Positions 1 to 13,600 of a stretch of 64,000 nt of DNA are shown here, one piece after another; the first letter of the stretch is position 1; each line of letters starts with the position of its first letter. Both the position numbers and the translations under genes were made by a program. The stretch spans positions 62,001-126,000 of the forward strand of contig JAPDFW010000095.1 of NCBI GenBank assembly GCA_028826165.1. The letters run 5' to 3'. The DNA is from Anaeramoeba ignava BMAN (lineage: Eukaryota; Protista; Anaeramoebae). The notes beneath the pieces are model-generated. The model was not told the origin of the DNA. It searched no databases and worked only from the letters and a program-made list of their open reading frames with translations.

Positions 1-249
1 TAATAGTTCTAGCAAGAAGAAAAACAGTCATTAAAGCATAAAAAAGCTTTTAATTAAAAAAAATAAGTAAAATAAATAATAAATAAATAAAAAATTATAA
101 GCTTTTACATGCAAAACCCAAGAAGGAATTGTTGTATTTTCTTTTATTTTTTTAGTAATAATTCCATTTATCCAAAAAATTAAAATAAGTGCAAATAACA
201 TTAAATAAATTAATGCAGAAGCTACATCAATATAACTAGAACCATGCAT
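1..249 (-). CDS. N-terminal part of a multi-pass membrane protein (continues off the window start); intron 47-108
   Basis: Exon 1 MHGSSYIDVASALIYLMLFALILIFW...WVLH. A GTAAAA...AAAG phase-0 intron joins it to a second hydrophobic segment LFYALMTVFLLARTI. Confidence 0.6.
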
Positions 250-339
250 TGAATTATTATTTTTATAAAAAAATGGAAAAAAAAAATGAAAAACGGAAAA
301 TTATTTTTATTTTTGCTTTTTTTTTAAATCAAAAAAAAA

Positions 340-897
340 ATGGATTCAAATTCAATTATAAAAATCTGTACAAAAGGAAAAATTTCAAATTATGTTAAAT
401 ATGGAAACCAATTAATTGAAAATGGAAATAAAAAAATAACGATAGTTGGTGTTGGAAATGTGATGAATAAAGTTGTTTCTGTTGCAGAAATTCTTAAAAG
501 AAAAAATCCAAAATTTCATCAAATAAATTCGATTCAATTTGTTGAAATAGAAACTCCCTCGTAAACAATTATAAAAACACATAAAAAAATATTACATTCT
601 CAACAAATTAATCATTCCACTTTTTTTTACTGAAATCTAATTATTTTTTTTCTTCTTCAAAATTCCAAAAATCTTGATTAAATATTTTCAATTTTCAGGA
701 AAACTACAAAAAAAATACCTTCAATTTCTATTTTTCTATCATTAGAAAAACCCGAAAATACTGCGTTAGGTTATCAAGCACCTTTAGAAGAAGAGAAAAA
801 TGAAGAAATTCGAAGATTAGGTCCATTTATTGATATGAAAAAAGAACAAAAAAATTTTAATCAAATATCAAAAAAAAAATCTCAAGATTTTCAATAA
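340..897 (+). CDS. Alba-domain protein (Rpp25/Alba-like RNA-binding); intron 561-698
   Basis: Motif ITIVGVGNVMNKVVSVAEILKRK...HQINSI, then after a GT-AG intron KIPSISIFLS...GYQAP, typical of the Rpp25/Alba family. Stop TAA at 895-897. Confidence 0.8.
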
Positions 898-1126
898 TAT
901 AAACAAAAAAAATATCATTTCTAACATTGGATTATTTTTAAAATTTTGTCTATAATCATTTTTTAAAGAAGAAAAGATAATTTGAAATTGATTTTTATGA
1001 TTAAAATTTTTTCTATTTTGGAACAAATTATTACGTCATTCAAAAAAAAAAAATTTTTTTTTATTTTTTATTTTTTCATTTTTTTATTTTTTTTCTTTCA
1101 TTTTTAAAATAAAAAAAAAATAATAA

Positions 1127-4100
1127 ATGGATTCAAATCAAATTTTAAAAGAAGATTGGAAACAATTTTTAATTGAAGGTTGGAAATTTATTACAGCTAG
1201 TTCAGTTTTAAAAAGAAAGGAAATTATTTTAAATTTAATGAAATGTTTGTCAATGTCAGAAACAATGCCAATGCCAGATAAAACAATTTCTTTTTTTTCA
1301 AAATTAATATTTTCGACATTAGCAATTTATCATGAAAGAGAATCAAGATTAATTATTGAGAAATTAATTGAAGAATTAGTGAAAACTAAGTTTAAAACGA
1401 AAAGTTCAAAATTTTTTGTGTTATTTTTTTTGAATATGGTGTAAAATTCATTTTAAATATTAAATTTATTTTAATTTTATTTTAATTTCATTTTAATTCA
1501 TTTTAATTTATTTTAATTCATTTTAATTTATTTTAATTTATTTAATTCATTTTAATTTCATTTTAATTCATTTTAAATATTAAATTTATTTTAATTTCAT
1601 TTTAATTCATTTTAATTCATTTAATTCATTTTAATTCATTTTAATTCATTTTAATTCATTTTAATTCATTTTAAATATTAAATTTAATTCATTTTAATTC
1701 ATTTTAAATTTATTTTAAATATTAAATTTATTTTAAATATTAAATTTATTTTAATTTCATTTTAATTTCATTTTAATTTCATTTTAATTTCATTTTAATT
1801 CATTTTAATTCATTTTAAATATTTTAATTCATTTTAATTCATTTTAAATTTATTTTAATTCATTTTAATTTCATTTTAAATTCATTTTAATTTCATTTTA
1901 ATTCATTTTAATTCATTTTAATTCATTTTAAATCATTTTAAATCATTTTAAATTCATTTTAATTCATTTTAATTCATTTTAATTCATTTTAATTCATTTT
2001 AATTCATTTTAATTCATTTTAAATATTTTAATTCATTTTAATTTCATTTTAAATTCATTTTTAATTTATTTTAAATTTATTTTAATTTCATAAATTAAAT
2101 TCGTTTGTAAAAAAAAGAAACCCAAAAAATCCTATTCCAAAACAAAGATATATACAACTAAGATGGACTTGTATTGCTTTGGAAAAACTTCCTGAAGAAG
2201 AATTAAAATCTTTTAATGATAAAGAAAATGCATTCCTTCTTTCTTTATTTGGAAGTTTACTTACATCATTAATTTATCTCCCAAATAAAAAATTAGCAAC
2301 TTTATCATTCAATCTCGCAAAACATTGCTTTTATAATACAAAAATCCCTATTTTATTGATAAATGCTCTCAAAAATTTTGAAGATTATCGAATTATACAC
2401 CCTTTAATACAACTATTTTCATCGGTTCTTATTGAAAAAAACAAAGAAATTTTTATCAATGAACTCAAACCAAAATTACTAGAAATTTATACAAAAAATA
2501 TACTTCAAAGTAGAAGTCAATTTCAACACAAAGTTTTGGATTCATACTCCACTTTGCTTAAAAACATCACAGAAAAGGATTTCAGTGAAATATTACTTCC
2601 TGTTATCACTCGCATAATGAATCGAAATCCAGAAACTGCAATCCATCATTTACTTCCTTTATTCCAAACATTGGAGCTTGATTTAGATGCTCATTTCTCA
2701 GAAAATTTACTCCCAATAGTTATTGCTGAAATCAAATCAGAAAATCAACAACAAAAAAAACTTGCTTTTAGTATGTTCAGAGCAATTTTTAAAACAATGC
2801 AAAACAAAGAAGAAATGAAAAAAGGAATCAATGTTCTTCAAGAAATAATGAATCAGCCGAGTCATTGGGAAACAAGACACACAATTAGCAAATGTTTAAA
2901 AATAATCTTTAAATCACAACACGGTGCAGATTTATTTATTGATAAGATCGAATCACAACATCTCCAACAAATGAAAAAGGAAAAAGAACCAATAATCCTG
3001 GCTCAAATGATAAAATCAATTGCTTATGCAATTTTGAAAAAGGAAACAATTAGTGAAAATATTCAAAAGCAATTTATTCAGGGATTAAAAAGCAATGATG
3101 TGCAACAAAATAAAATTTATATTGATGGATTGTCTATCATTTCAGGCTCAAATTCCCAAAATTTCAACAAATTCTTTTTATCAGTAATCCCGTTTTTCAC
3201 CAAAATTCTAAAGAAAGATCTTTCTTTCGAAACATTTGTTGTTTCTCCGTTGATAATTTTCAAGATGGCGAAATATTCGGAAGAAATATCAGCAAAAATT
3301 AACAGTGAATCGATTTGGAAAATTATTCTGGATTCACACAAAACACGCAATAAAATAGAACAACTTAAATTGGATAGGAAACAAATTCTCAAGTATTCAA
3401 GCATGATTATCACGTTAGTGACGATATCCAATGAGAAAAGAAGCGCAAAGAATGCAGATGAAGATTTGGATTGTTGGAAAGATGAAAATTATCATGTTTT
3501 ATTTGAAAGAATTTTTGAAATGCTTATTGATCCAAATTGGGAAATTCGTAAGAATGTTCGCAATCAAGTTTTGAGATTGCAAAAAGACAATGAAGTCATC
3601 TCAAGTTCTCTTTTATCTTCGGGTGTGATGTTTCTAGAAAGGAAATTAACGGAAATGATCAAAAAAGAAACGGAAAAAGCAAAAGCAAAAATTTTAATAA
3701 AAATAGCAGCTAAAAAGGAAAAGAATAAGAAAGAAGAAGAACAAAAAACACAAAAAACACAAGAAAGTCAGGGTAAAATTCTGGCCAATCTTCTCGAATT
3801 GATTGCAACAGAAAAGGCAATTTCTGAACAAGATTCACGAGTGATTTCAGCACTAATATATGTTGCAAGTCATCCACGGGTTCAAGAACCAAGTTTGTGG
3901 TTCAAAATCAACAAAAAAAAAGTACTTGAAGAAAAAGTGCAAAAATTAAATGTTGAAGTCCACAAAAATATTCTAACGAAAATGAAAAAACTAATTGAGA
4001 TTTTGGAGCAAAATGACGAGTCGGCAATCAAAGAAACCTCTGAAGAACTTGAGGCGCTTGCTAATTCGTATGAGAGAATAAGCAAATTTTCATGGGAACA

Positions 4101-7100
4101 CTCAGTAAGACTTATTGTAAATGATATTACAGAACTTTTGAAGGAGCAATTACAGAAAATCAATTTGCTAAAGAAGGAAGATATTGATGTTTATAAAATG
4201 TCTTCAACAGATTTTGAGAATTTTTTGCAAAAAAGAACAGAAGAAACAAAGAATTTGAGAATAAAGGAGTTGAAGGAAAAACTCAACAATGAGAAGAAAA
4301 CGAAACAAAAAAGATCGAGAGGACAACGTGATCTGTATAAAGTGGAAGACGAGAAATGGGAGGAAGAACTTCGAAAGGAGCAACAAGTGAAAAAGATCAA
4401 AGAAGAAGAAAGCCAAATGGCGAAAGAAATATACACAGAATTAAGCGAGGAAATGAACAAAACTCGGCGCAAAATCAAAGGAATGGAAAATGCAATTAGA
4501 GTCTCTTTGTCTATTTTGCTTACTCCATGCAACATAAACAGTAAGAGATTCTATCTCGAGTTTGGACAAAGTGTTGCCAAAACTGTTTTTAATTTTATGA
4601 GCTCGATTGTATCTTATGAACAAAGCAATTTATTTATAAACAAAATGATGAGCGGAATTCCAAGTAATTATATCAAATATCGCAACCGAATTTTACGAGG
4701 ATTAAATGTTTTGTTTGCAAACGATTTATGCGAGAAAATTGAAGGAGAACCAAATATTCGGGAAATTATGCGGAGTTTGGTGTCTATGATTTATTCGGAA
4801 TGCTTCAATGAAATGACTCAAAAAGTGACTCCTTTGGATAGCACAACTTTTACTCTTGTTTATCCGTTTGCAAGATATATTTTGACGCTTCCTTATTTAT
4901 ACGAAGTTCATGAGAAATGCATTTCGTTGGTGTTTTTCCACACCGATCCAAAATTTGTAATTGCACGCAAAGAAATTTCAGGTCATCTTCTTCAAGTTCC
5001 TGAAAATACACCAAATCTTATTGAGCAAACACAGAAATGCATTGTTGGTTTGTTTGAGAAATGGAAAATAATAGAAGATCTAGAATATATTTTTGAAGGG
5101 CTTATCTCGACATCTTCTGTTATTCGTATAATCTGTTTGCAGACATTGCTGAAAAGCGAGGCGATGAATATTGAAATTGAGAAAATCAAAAACGAAATGG
5201 TGTTGCAGAACCAGATTATGAGCGAAAATAACGAAAACCAAATCCAAAATATCAAGGATACCTTCCAATATTTTGACAACAAAAAAGCTGCGAATATTGT
5301 CATATCAAGTTACGATATAGAAAGTGAAGAAAACAGAAAAACAGCGAAGATCATTTTGGAGAGATTGGGATTCTTGGAGTTTGCAGGATCAAAAAATATG
5401 AAGAAATTCGATGACATGATTGTGGAAATTTGCGCTCATTTGAGCTCAAAAGATTTGAATATTCGGGAAATGTCAGCACAAGCAATTGCAGAAGTTGTGA
5501 ATATGTCGAATTCGCTTGAGTTTTTAAAGTACATTTTCGATGGATTTACAAAAGTGTATATGGATTTAATGGAAAAGGAGACAGAAGATAGATCAACAGA
5601 TGATCTCGGAATTGAGGTTCATCTCGACAACGAAGATGAAGATGAAAAAAGCGGGGATGAAAACGAAAATCTCAGGAAATTTGGAGATATTGGGGAAAGA
5701 TATCTTGAATTGCGGCATGGAATAGCAGTTGCGCTCAAATACATGGCGCAGAGAGGATTATTTAGCACTGAGAATATGATATGCGATGCACTGGAATTCT
5801 TAATAACAAAAGACCATGCGCTTAGTGAGTCTATTGAGGAAATACAAAAGGAACTCCTGGATCTCGGGACAGAGCTTGTGGACAAGAATCCGAAAGAAAG
5901 TGTTTCTCAGGGAATGAAGATGATGCAGGATTTCCTGGCGCGAAAACCGGAAAATACAATTGAAGATGATAAAATGAGGGAAGGAGCGCTTATCATTCTT
6001 GGTGCGATGGCAAAATATGAAACGGACATGAAGAAATTGGAGCAAATTTTCAAACAACTTTTGGATGGATTGGTGATTCCCTCAGAAATTGTGCAATCAA
6101 CAATATCGCGTTGTGTGAGTTCATTAGTGCCTAAAATAACAAGTGAATTAGTTGATTCAAGCATGAATTTTCTGCTGCAATCTGCGATCCAAAACAAGAA
6201 ATATGGTATCCGAAGAGGAGCATCATATGGGATTGCAGGGATGGTTTTAGGACTGAAAATCACATCACTTACAAAATACGGGATTCTCGAGAAAATTGAA
6301 GAAGCAGGAAAATCTCCTAGCGGGATAAATAGACAAGGTGGATTGACTCTTATAGAGATTCTCTGTTTAGTATTAGGAAACAAATTCCAGCCCTATTTAT
6401 CCAAAATTTTGTCTCAGGTTTTGAACGCGTATGGCGACAGTGATTCTTCAGTGGCAAAACTTGCCGAACAAACATCGCGAGCAATGTTCACAATATTGCA
6501 AAAAGCAGGAGTGAAATCGATTCTTCCGCTTGTCATTTCAGGATTAGACAACGAGTCATGGAAAACCAAAATTGCCAGCATTGAGATGCTTGGAACAGTT
6601 GCGTTCTGTGCACCAAAGCAACTTTCACAAACAATGCCAATGGTTGTTCCGTTACTTGTGAATTTGATTCGTTCTCCACGACAGGAACTGCGTAAATCGG
6701 CAACGAAAAGCTTAAAATCAATCAGCGAAGTGATCCAAAACAAGGAAATAAAAGAACATGCACCTGCGCTTCTTTCTGCGCTCGAGGATCCGTCAAAACA
6801 CTTGAAAAATGCGCTTGATGCACTTCTTTACACAACATTTGTGAATTACATAGATGCGCCGAGTTTGGCGCTTGTATTCCCAACAGTTCTTTACGGACTA
6901 AATCAAGGACAAACAGAGATTAAAAAATCGGCTTCTCGAGTTGTTGGCAGTTTGTGTTCTTTGTCGCGACCCAAAGACATTCAGCCGTATATCTCAACAA
7001 TATTACCGAAACTCAAGCAATTACTTTCAGATCCAATTCCAGAAGTTCGAGGCGATTCCGCGCTTGCATTATCTAAATTAGTGCGTGGATTAGGAATGGA

Positions 7101-10100
7101 GCAATTCCCCAGTCTTCTTGAATGGCTCTTACAGCGTATTAAAACTACAGAAGGCCATATTGAGCGTAGTGGATCTGCACAAGCATTGGCGCATATTCTT
7201 GGTGTGATTGGAATCGAGAAATTGGATCAGCTTCTTCCGGGATTTGTCACATCAATAACATCACAAGAAGCGCCAATCGAAGAGCGAGATGGCAGTATGA
7301 GTTTGCTGCGTTTTTTGCCTATGGCATTCCGCGACGGTTTGCATGCACATGTAGACACTGTTCTGAGAGCAGCAATCAAGGGTTTGTCCGATGAAAGTGA
7401 ACTCGTAAGAGACACTGCCATGCGCACTGGAATTGCCATTATTGAACAATACTCTCAAAGCGGTCTTTCTAGTCTTCTTTCTCAATTTGAGGTCTCTGTT
7501 TTCGACCAAAATCCCCGCATAAGAATAAACTCTCTCGAGCTTGTTGGCCAGCTTCTTTATCGTGTCTCGTTTTCCACAATTGAAAAAAAAGAAGCAAATT
7601 ATTTTGGAGATGACATCTTTATCAAACCGATTATTGATTCTGAAAATACCAACGAATCAATTGAAAAAATCCCGAAAAACGAGAAGAAAAAGAGCAAAAA
7701 GAAAATCAAAATAACGCGATCAAAAGAAAAAGATGATTACACACAAGATGTGCTTCTGAATGCGCTTGGCGAGGAAAAATTCAAGCGTATTCTTGCGGTG
7801 ATCCACATCTCTCGTTGCGATGAAAATATGAATGTCAAACGCGCAGCATCTCTTTTATGGAACCGTTTTGTAACGAATCCCGCAAAAACATTGAGACAAA
7901 TCACGCCGACTGTTTTAAAAACCACTCTCGAGATGCTCCAAATCCAGGACATCTGGCTCAAGAAGCTTGCAGGAGCAACAATCGGGGATCTGATCCGCAA
8001 AATGGGATCGACTATTCTGACCTCTATTCTCCCGCTTTTTGACGAGAATCTCGAGTCTCCAGATCCTTCAATTCGCCAGGGTGCTTGCATAGGTCTCAGC
8101 GAAGTGATCTACTCCTCGGGAAAACCTGCTCTGTCAAAATTCATGGACAGAATCGTGAAATACGTGCGTATCGCGATATGCGATCTTGATGAATCTGTAT
8201 CCGACGAATCCGCAAATACCTTCGATGCTTTGTATTCTGTTTTCGGCAGTATGTCTGTCAATGCGGTTCTTCCAGAAATCATTTCCATGATTGCCGATCC
8301 AGAAAGTCGCGAGCGTGGATTAATGGGATTGCAGAAAATTCTTCTCAAAAGAGGATCTGTTGTTCTCTCGTATCTTGTGCCTCATCTTCTCTATCCCAAA
8401 GTTGATTTTTATAAAGCTTTGGCAATTGAAAAACTTGTTGGTGTCATCCAGGAAAACTTACCAGTATATATCGACAAGTTTATTCCTTCTCTTGTGGAAG
8501 CGATTGCGATTGAATCAATTGATGAGACAAAAGAGAATATCAAAGAAACCAAAAAGACAAAAAAATCAAAAAAGAATTTGAAGAAATCAAAAGACGAATT
8601 AACATTCGAGAGTCAAAAAATCGAAATTCCGAAGGAAATCATCTCCAAAGAGCAGCTTTCAACCCAAGCCACAAAGGCCGCAAATGCGCTTGTTGTTGCG
8701 GTTCCTTCTTCGGGAGCTACCAAGCTTCTTTCGGCACTTTTCAAATTATTTTCCCATAAAAATCAAGCCTACCAACTTGCAAGTATCCAACTTTTGTCCG
8801 AATTCTGCAAAAATCCAAACATCAAACTTGGGAATCATTTAGAGGTTATTTTCAAGGCAGTGTTCCCACTTTTCACAAACAAAAACGAGAAGGCAAGCAC
8901 TGCCGCATGGAACGTTATTTCGGTGATCACAAAAACCATTTCTGTGGAAACCATTTCGAATCATTTCCACCAAATCAAAGACACAATCACACAGCTTGTC
9001 ATGTCGTTCAACATCCGACTTCCGAACGAAGAGAAAATCCCAGGATTCTCAGTTCCAAATGCGTTTGTTCCACTTTCTGCGCCGATTATATGGGGAATCT
9101 CAGAAGGAATGAACGACATCAAAGAACAAGCAGCAATTCTTGTTGAGAAATTTGCAACTTATTCGCAAATCCAATACTCCAAAATGCTTTTGATGAAATT
9201 TCTTGGACCGTTAATCCGTATTGCTCCTGAGAAAATCACGTTGGATGTTAAAATATCAATTCTTTCCGCAATTCTTTGCATTCTGAAAAAATCAGGTCCG
9301 CTTTTAAAGCCCTATTTCGTTCCCATTCAGAGCACATTTATCCGCTCGATCAACTCATCTTCGATGAAAATACACTCGATTGTTCTTGACGGACTGACGA
9401 TTCTGAGCCAGCACCAGCAGCGGCCAGAGTCTCTTTTGATTGAATTCTACAAAGCAATCGAGCCTAATTCAGAGTATTTCTCATCCGACACAGTTGTTCT
9501 CCAGGATTCTATATTAATCATGCTGCGGAACATTATCCGAAATGCTGGCGCAAAAATCAAGGATGATATTCTCCTTAAATTTATGCAGTTCTTCATCAAA
9601 CACACAAGCTCCAGTGAATCAAGTTTCCGGAAGTCTCTTGCCAAAACTTATGGCGTTTTTTTCAAATTTATTAAGGATAAGAAAACAAAATTTGACCAAA
9701 TTAACGAGATCATTGAGAACGTGACAAATTTCTTCAGCAAAATTTCCAACCAACAACTTCCAAGTGATCTTGATACAGAACAAGGACTAATCGCTATTCT
9801 TTTCTTTATCACCAAATACAACGCCTCTTTTGTTCAATCTGACGATCTTCTTTCCAAAAAAATTGCTCATGTTGTTTTCCAATTATTACAAGCTGAAAAA
9901 ATTCCAAATCAACAATTCGGAACAAAAATTGCGTTCAAATTATTAAGTCGAAATAGCTCTGATTTGAAAAAGGAAATTTCGGAACAATTGATTTCATTGA
10001 TTACAAAAAATATTTCAAGTAAATCAAGTGAAGTTTCAACAACTTCAATGCAATTTTTCCGCAAAATTTCTGCGGAAAATGATTACTATTCCAATTTTGA

Positions 10101-10368
10101 ATTACCAAAAATTGCAGAACCAATTCTTACAATTGCCAAAAGTATCAATATTGATTCAAATTCAAGAATGATTGCTGCAAGAGCTTTAATTGCTATTTTC
10201 CGTTTTGATAAAGATCAACAAGTTATTGATTCTTATTGCAAAAATTTCCCCAAATTGAAAAAAAATAATTTGGTTGAATTTCTTGAGACTTTATTATTAA
10301 AATTAAAACAAAACAATTTTGAAACAAGTGATTCTGATGGAGAAAAATTAGAGAGTTTGGAAAAGTAG
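1127..10368 (+). CDS. GCN1: eIF2-alpha kinase activator GCN1 (HEAT-repeat protein); intron 1441-2117
   Basis: About 2850 aa after splicing. GCN1 motifs RRGASYGIAG, WKTKIASIEMLGTVAFCAPKQLS, FVNYIDAPSLAL, LSDPIPEVR, ERSGSAQAL, GLSDESELVRDTA, RQGACIGLSEVI. A phase-2 GT-AG intron joins exon 1 in frame. Confidence 0.93.
1445..2092 (+). repeat. Intronic tandem repeat, ~10-11 bp unit TTCATTTTAA(T)
   Basis: Dozens of near-perfect TTCATTTTAA copies fill the GCN1 intron. Confidence 0.9.
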
Positions 10369-10459
10369 AATTTTAATTTTAAACAACAAAAATTTAAAAT
10401 CAAATCAAAATTTAATAAAAGAAAAAAAAAACCAAATTTTTGTTCCACTTTTTTTTTAA

Positions 10460-10555
10460 GAAAGAATAAAGAAAGAATAAAGAAAGAATAAAGAAAGAAT
10501 AAATAAAGAATAAATAAAGAATAAAGAAAGAATAAAGAAAGAATAAATAAAGAAA
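10460..10555 (+). repeat. Intergenic 12-bp tandem repeat AAAGAAAGAATA
   Basis: Direct reading of the sequence. Confidence 0.8.
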
Positions 10556-10609
10556 ATAATTAGTAATTTTCAATTTTAAAAACGTTATTTACAAAAAAAA
10601 TTTTTTTAA

Positions 10610-10645
10610 TTTTTCATTTTTTTCATTTTTCATTTTTCATTTAAA
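10610..10645 (+). promoter_or_regulatory. Initiator-like TCATTTT cluster upstream of the CysRS ATG (example of a window-wide motif)
   Basis: TTTTCATTTT occurs within ~10-60 nt of most start codons, on the coding strand. Confidence 0.6.
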
Positions 10646-13600
10646 ATGCAAAAAGAAGAAACAAATTATTGGATTCAACCAAAAGGAGTTTCAAAAGGAT
10701 TAAAAGTTCTTAATAGTTTAACAAGAACAAAAGTTTGATTTTATTCAAAATACTTTTTAAAAACTTTAAAAACTTTAAAAACTTTAAAAATAAATTAATA
10801 AGCATTTAATAAATAAATTAATAAATAAATTAATAAATAAATTAATAAATAAATTAATAAATAAATTAATAAATAAATTAATAAATAAATTAATAAATAA
10901 ATTAATAAATAAATTAATAAATAAATTAATAAATAAATTAATAAATAAATTAATAAATAATTTAATAAATAATTTAATAAATAAATTAATAAATAAATTA
11001 ATAAATAAATTAATAAATAATTTAATAAATAATTTAATAAATAATTTAATAAATAATTTAATAAATAAATTAATAAATAAATTAATAAATAAATTAATAA
11101 ACAAATTAATAAAATAAAAATTAATAAATAATTTAATAAATAAATTAATAAATAAATTAATAAATAAATAAATAAATAAATAAATTAATAAATAAATTAA
11201 TAAATAAATTAATAAATAAATTAATAAATAATTTAATAAATAAATAAATAAATTAATAAATAAATTAATAAATAAATTAATAAATAAATTAATAAATAAT
11301 TTAATAAATAAATTAATAAATAAATTAATAAATAAATTAATAAATAAATTAATAAATAAATTAATAAATAAATTAATAAATAAATTAATAAATAAATTAA
11401 TAAATAAATTAATAATTTAATAAATAAATTAATAAATAAATTAATAAATAAATTAATAAATAAATTAATAAATAAATTAATAAATAAATTAATAAATAAA
11501 TTAATAAATAATTTTAATAAATAAATTAATAAATAAATTAATAAATAAATTAATAAACAAATTAATAAATAATTTAATAAATAATTTAAAGGTTGATTTT
11601 ATTCCAATAAAAGAAGAAGAAGTTGGATTTTATGTTTGTGGACCAACTGTTTATGATTCTTCACATTTAGGACATGCAAGGTAATTAAAATTAAAAATAA
11701 AAGAAAAATAATCAATTTTCAAATTAAAAAATTTTTATTAAAATAAACAAAATTTAGAACATATATTGCTTTTGATGTTATTAGAAGAATATTAACTGAT
11801 TATTTTGGTTATAAAGTTAATTTTGTTATGAATGTAACTGATATTGATGATAAGATAAGTTGAATCAAATTTAAAAATTAAAATTAAAATTAAATTAAAA
11901 TTAAAATCGGATAAAAAATTAAAATTAAAATTAAAATTAAAATCGGATAAAAAATTAAATTTAAAATTAAATTAAAATTAAAATTAAAATTAAATTTAAA
12001 TTTAAAATTAAAATTAAAATTAAAATTAAAATTAAAATTAAAATTAAAATCGGATAAAAAATTAAATTTAAAATTCATTTATAAAATTAAAATTGAATTA
12101 AAATTCATTTATAAAATTTAAAATTCATTTATAAAATTCATTTATAAAATTAAAATTAAAATTAAAATCAAAATCAAAATTAAAATTAAAATTAAAATTA
12201 AAATCAAAATTAAATTTAAATTTAAAATTCATTTATAAAATTAAATTTAAATTTAAATTTAAAATTAAAATTAAAATTAAAATTAAAATTGAAATTAAAA
12301 TTAAAATCGGATAAAAAATTAAAATTAAAAACAAAATTAAAATTAAAATTAAAATTAAAAATTAAAATTAAAAATAAAATTAAAATTAAAATTAAAATTA
12401 AAATTAAAATTAAAATTAAAATTAAAATTCATTTATAAAATTCATTTATAAAATTAAAAAAAATATTTAAAAAAACACATTATTTTACGATCTCGAGAAA
12501 ACAACCAACCATTCACTGAACTTGCCCGGAAATATGAAAAAGAATTTTTTGAGGACATGCAAGAACTGCACGTACTTTTCCCAACAGTTATAACCAGAGT
12601 CTCAGAATACATACCCGAAGTTCTCGACTTCATCCAAAAAATTATCGAGAACAAATACGGATATGAAAGTAACGGCAGCGTATATTTCGACACACACAAG
12701 TTCTGGCAAGACTACAAATACGCGCAGCTGGAGCCTTCTTCTATTAACGATATGGAAAAACGAAAGGAAGGAGAAGGTGTCTTATCACCAAATATTGAAG
12801 ATAAAAAAAATCCGGAAGATTTTGCGCTCTGGAAAAAGTCTAAAGAAGGAGAACCCAAATGGGACTCGCCATGGGGTCTTGGTCGCCCAGGATGGCATAT
12901 AGAATGTTCAGTAATGGCAAGTTATATTCTTGGTTCTTTGTTTGATTTCCATGGTGGTGGTGTCGATCTCAAGTTCCCCCATCACGACAACGAAATTGCA
13001 CAGTCTATTGTTAGTGCCTCCCCAATATAATCTTATTCATATCTATTATTGTCTTGTTTGTTCATGTTGTGGATTGCCTCAATTATGACTTTTGGATTGA
13101 GACATTTCATGACAAACAAAATTTTACTTCATCAAAATTTTCACCATTTGTTTTTTCATCACAAAAATCTTTTTTATACTCATTCGCAATTTCTCTTGTT
13201 TTCTGTTTCGTAGGCTCGTTTCGATTATCCGCAGTGGGTTAATTACTTTCTGCATTCTGGACATTTATTTATTGAAGGAAGAAAAATGTCAAAATCGGAG
13301 AAGAATTTTATCACGATTAAAGAATGCTTAAAAGAATACACTTGGGTGCAGATCCGCATTTTCTTTCTTCTCCACAAGTATGATTCCCCGATAGATTACT
13401 CGCAAGCCGGGATGAAACACGCGGTGGAAATCACGAGAATTTTTACGGAGTTCTTCAACAACGTGAAGATTTATTTGCGAGAAAAATCATGGACTGACAA
13501 CATGTACTTTGGAGAGACTGAAAGCAAACTAACGAGCACATTCACGACTCTTCGTAACCAAGTGCACGAGGCGCTGTGCGACAACTTCAACACGCAGGAA

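Noticed and set aside
2085-2117. Non-canonical acceptor for the GCN1 intron
   Set aside because: A canonical AG at 2116-2117 joins in frame with GT at 1441.
3117-9724. Antisense and alternate-frame ORFs inside GCN1 and other genes
   Set aside because: Shadow ORFs of long coding regions, with no recognisable motifs.
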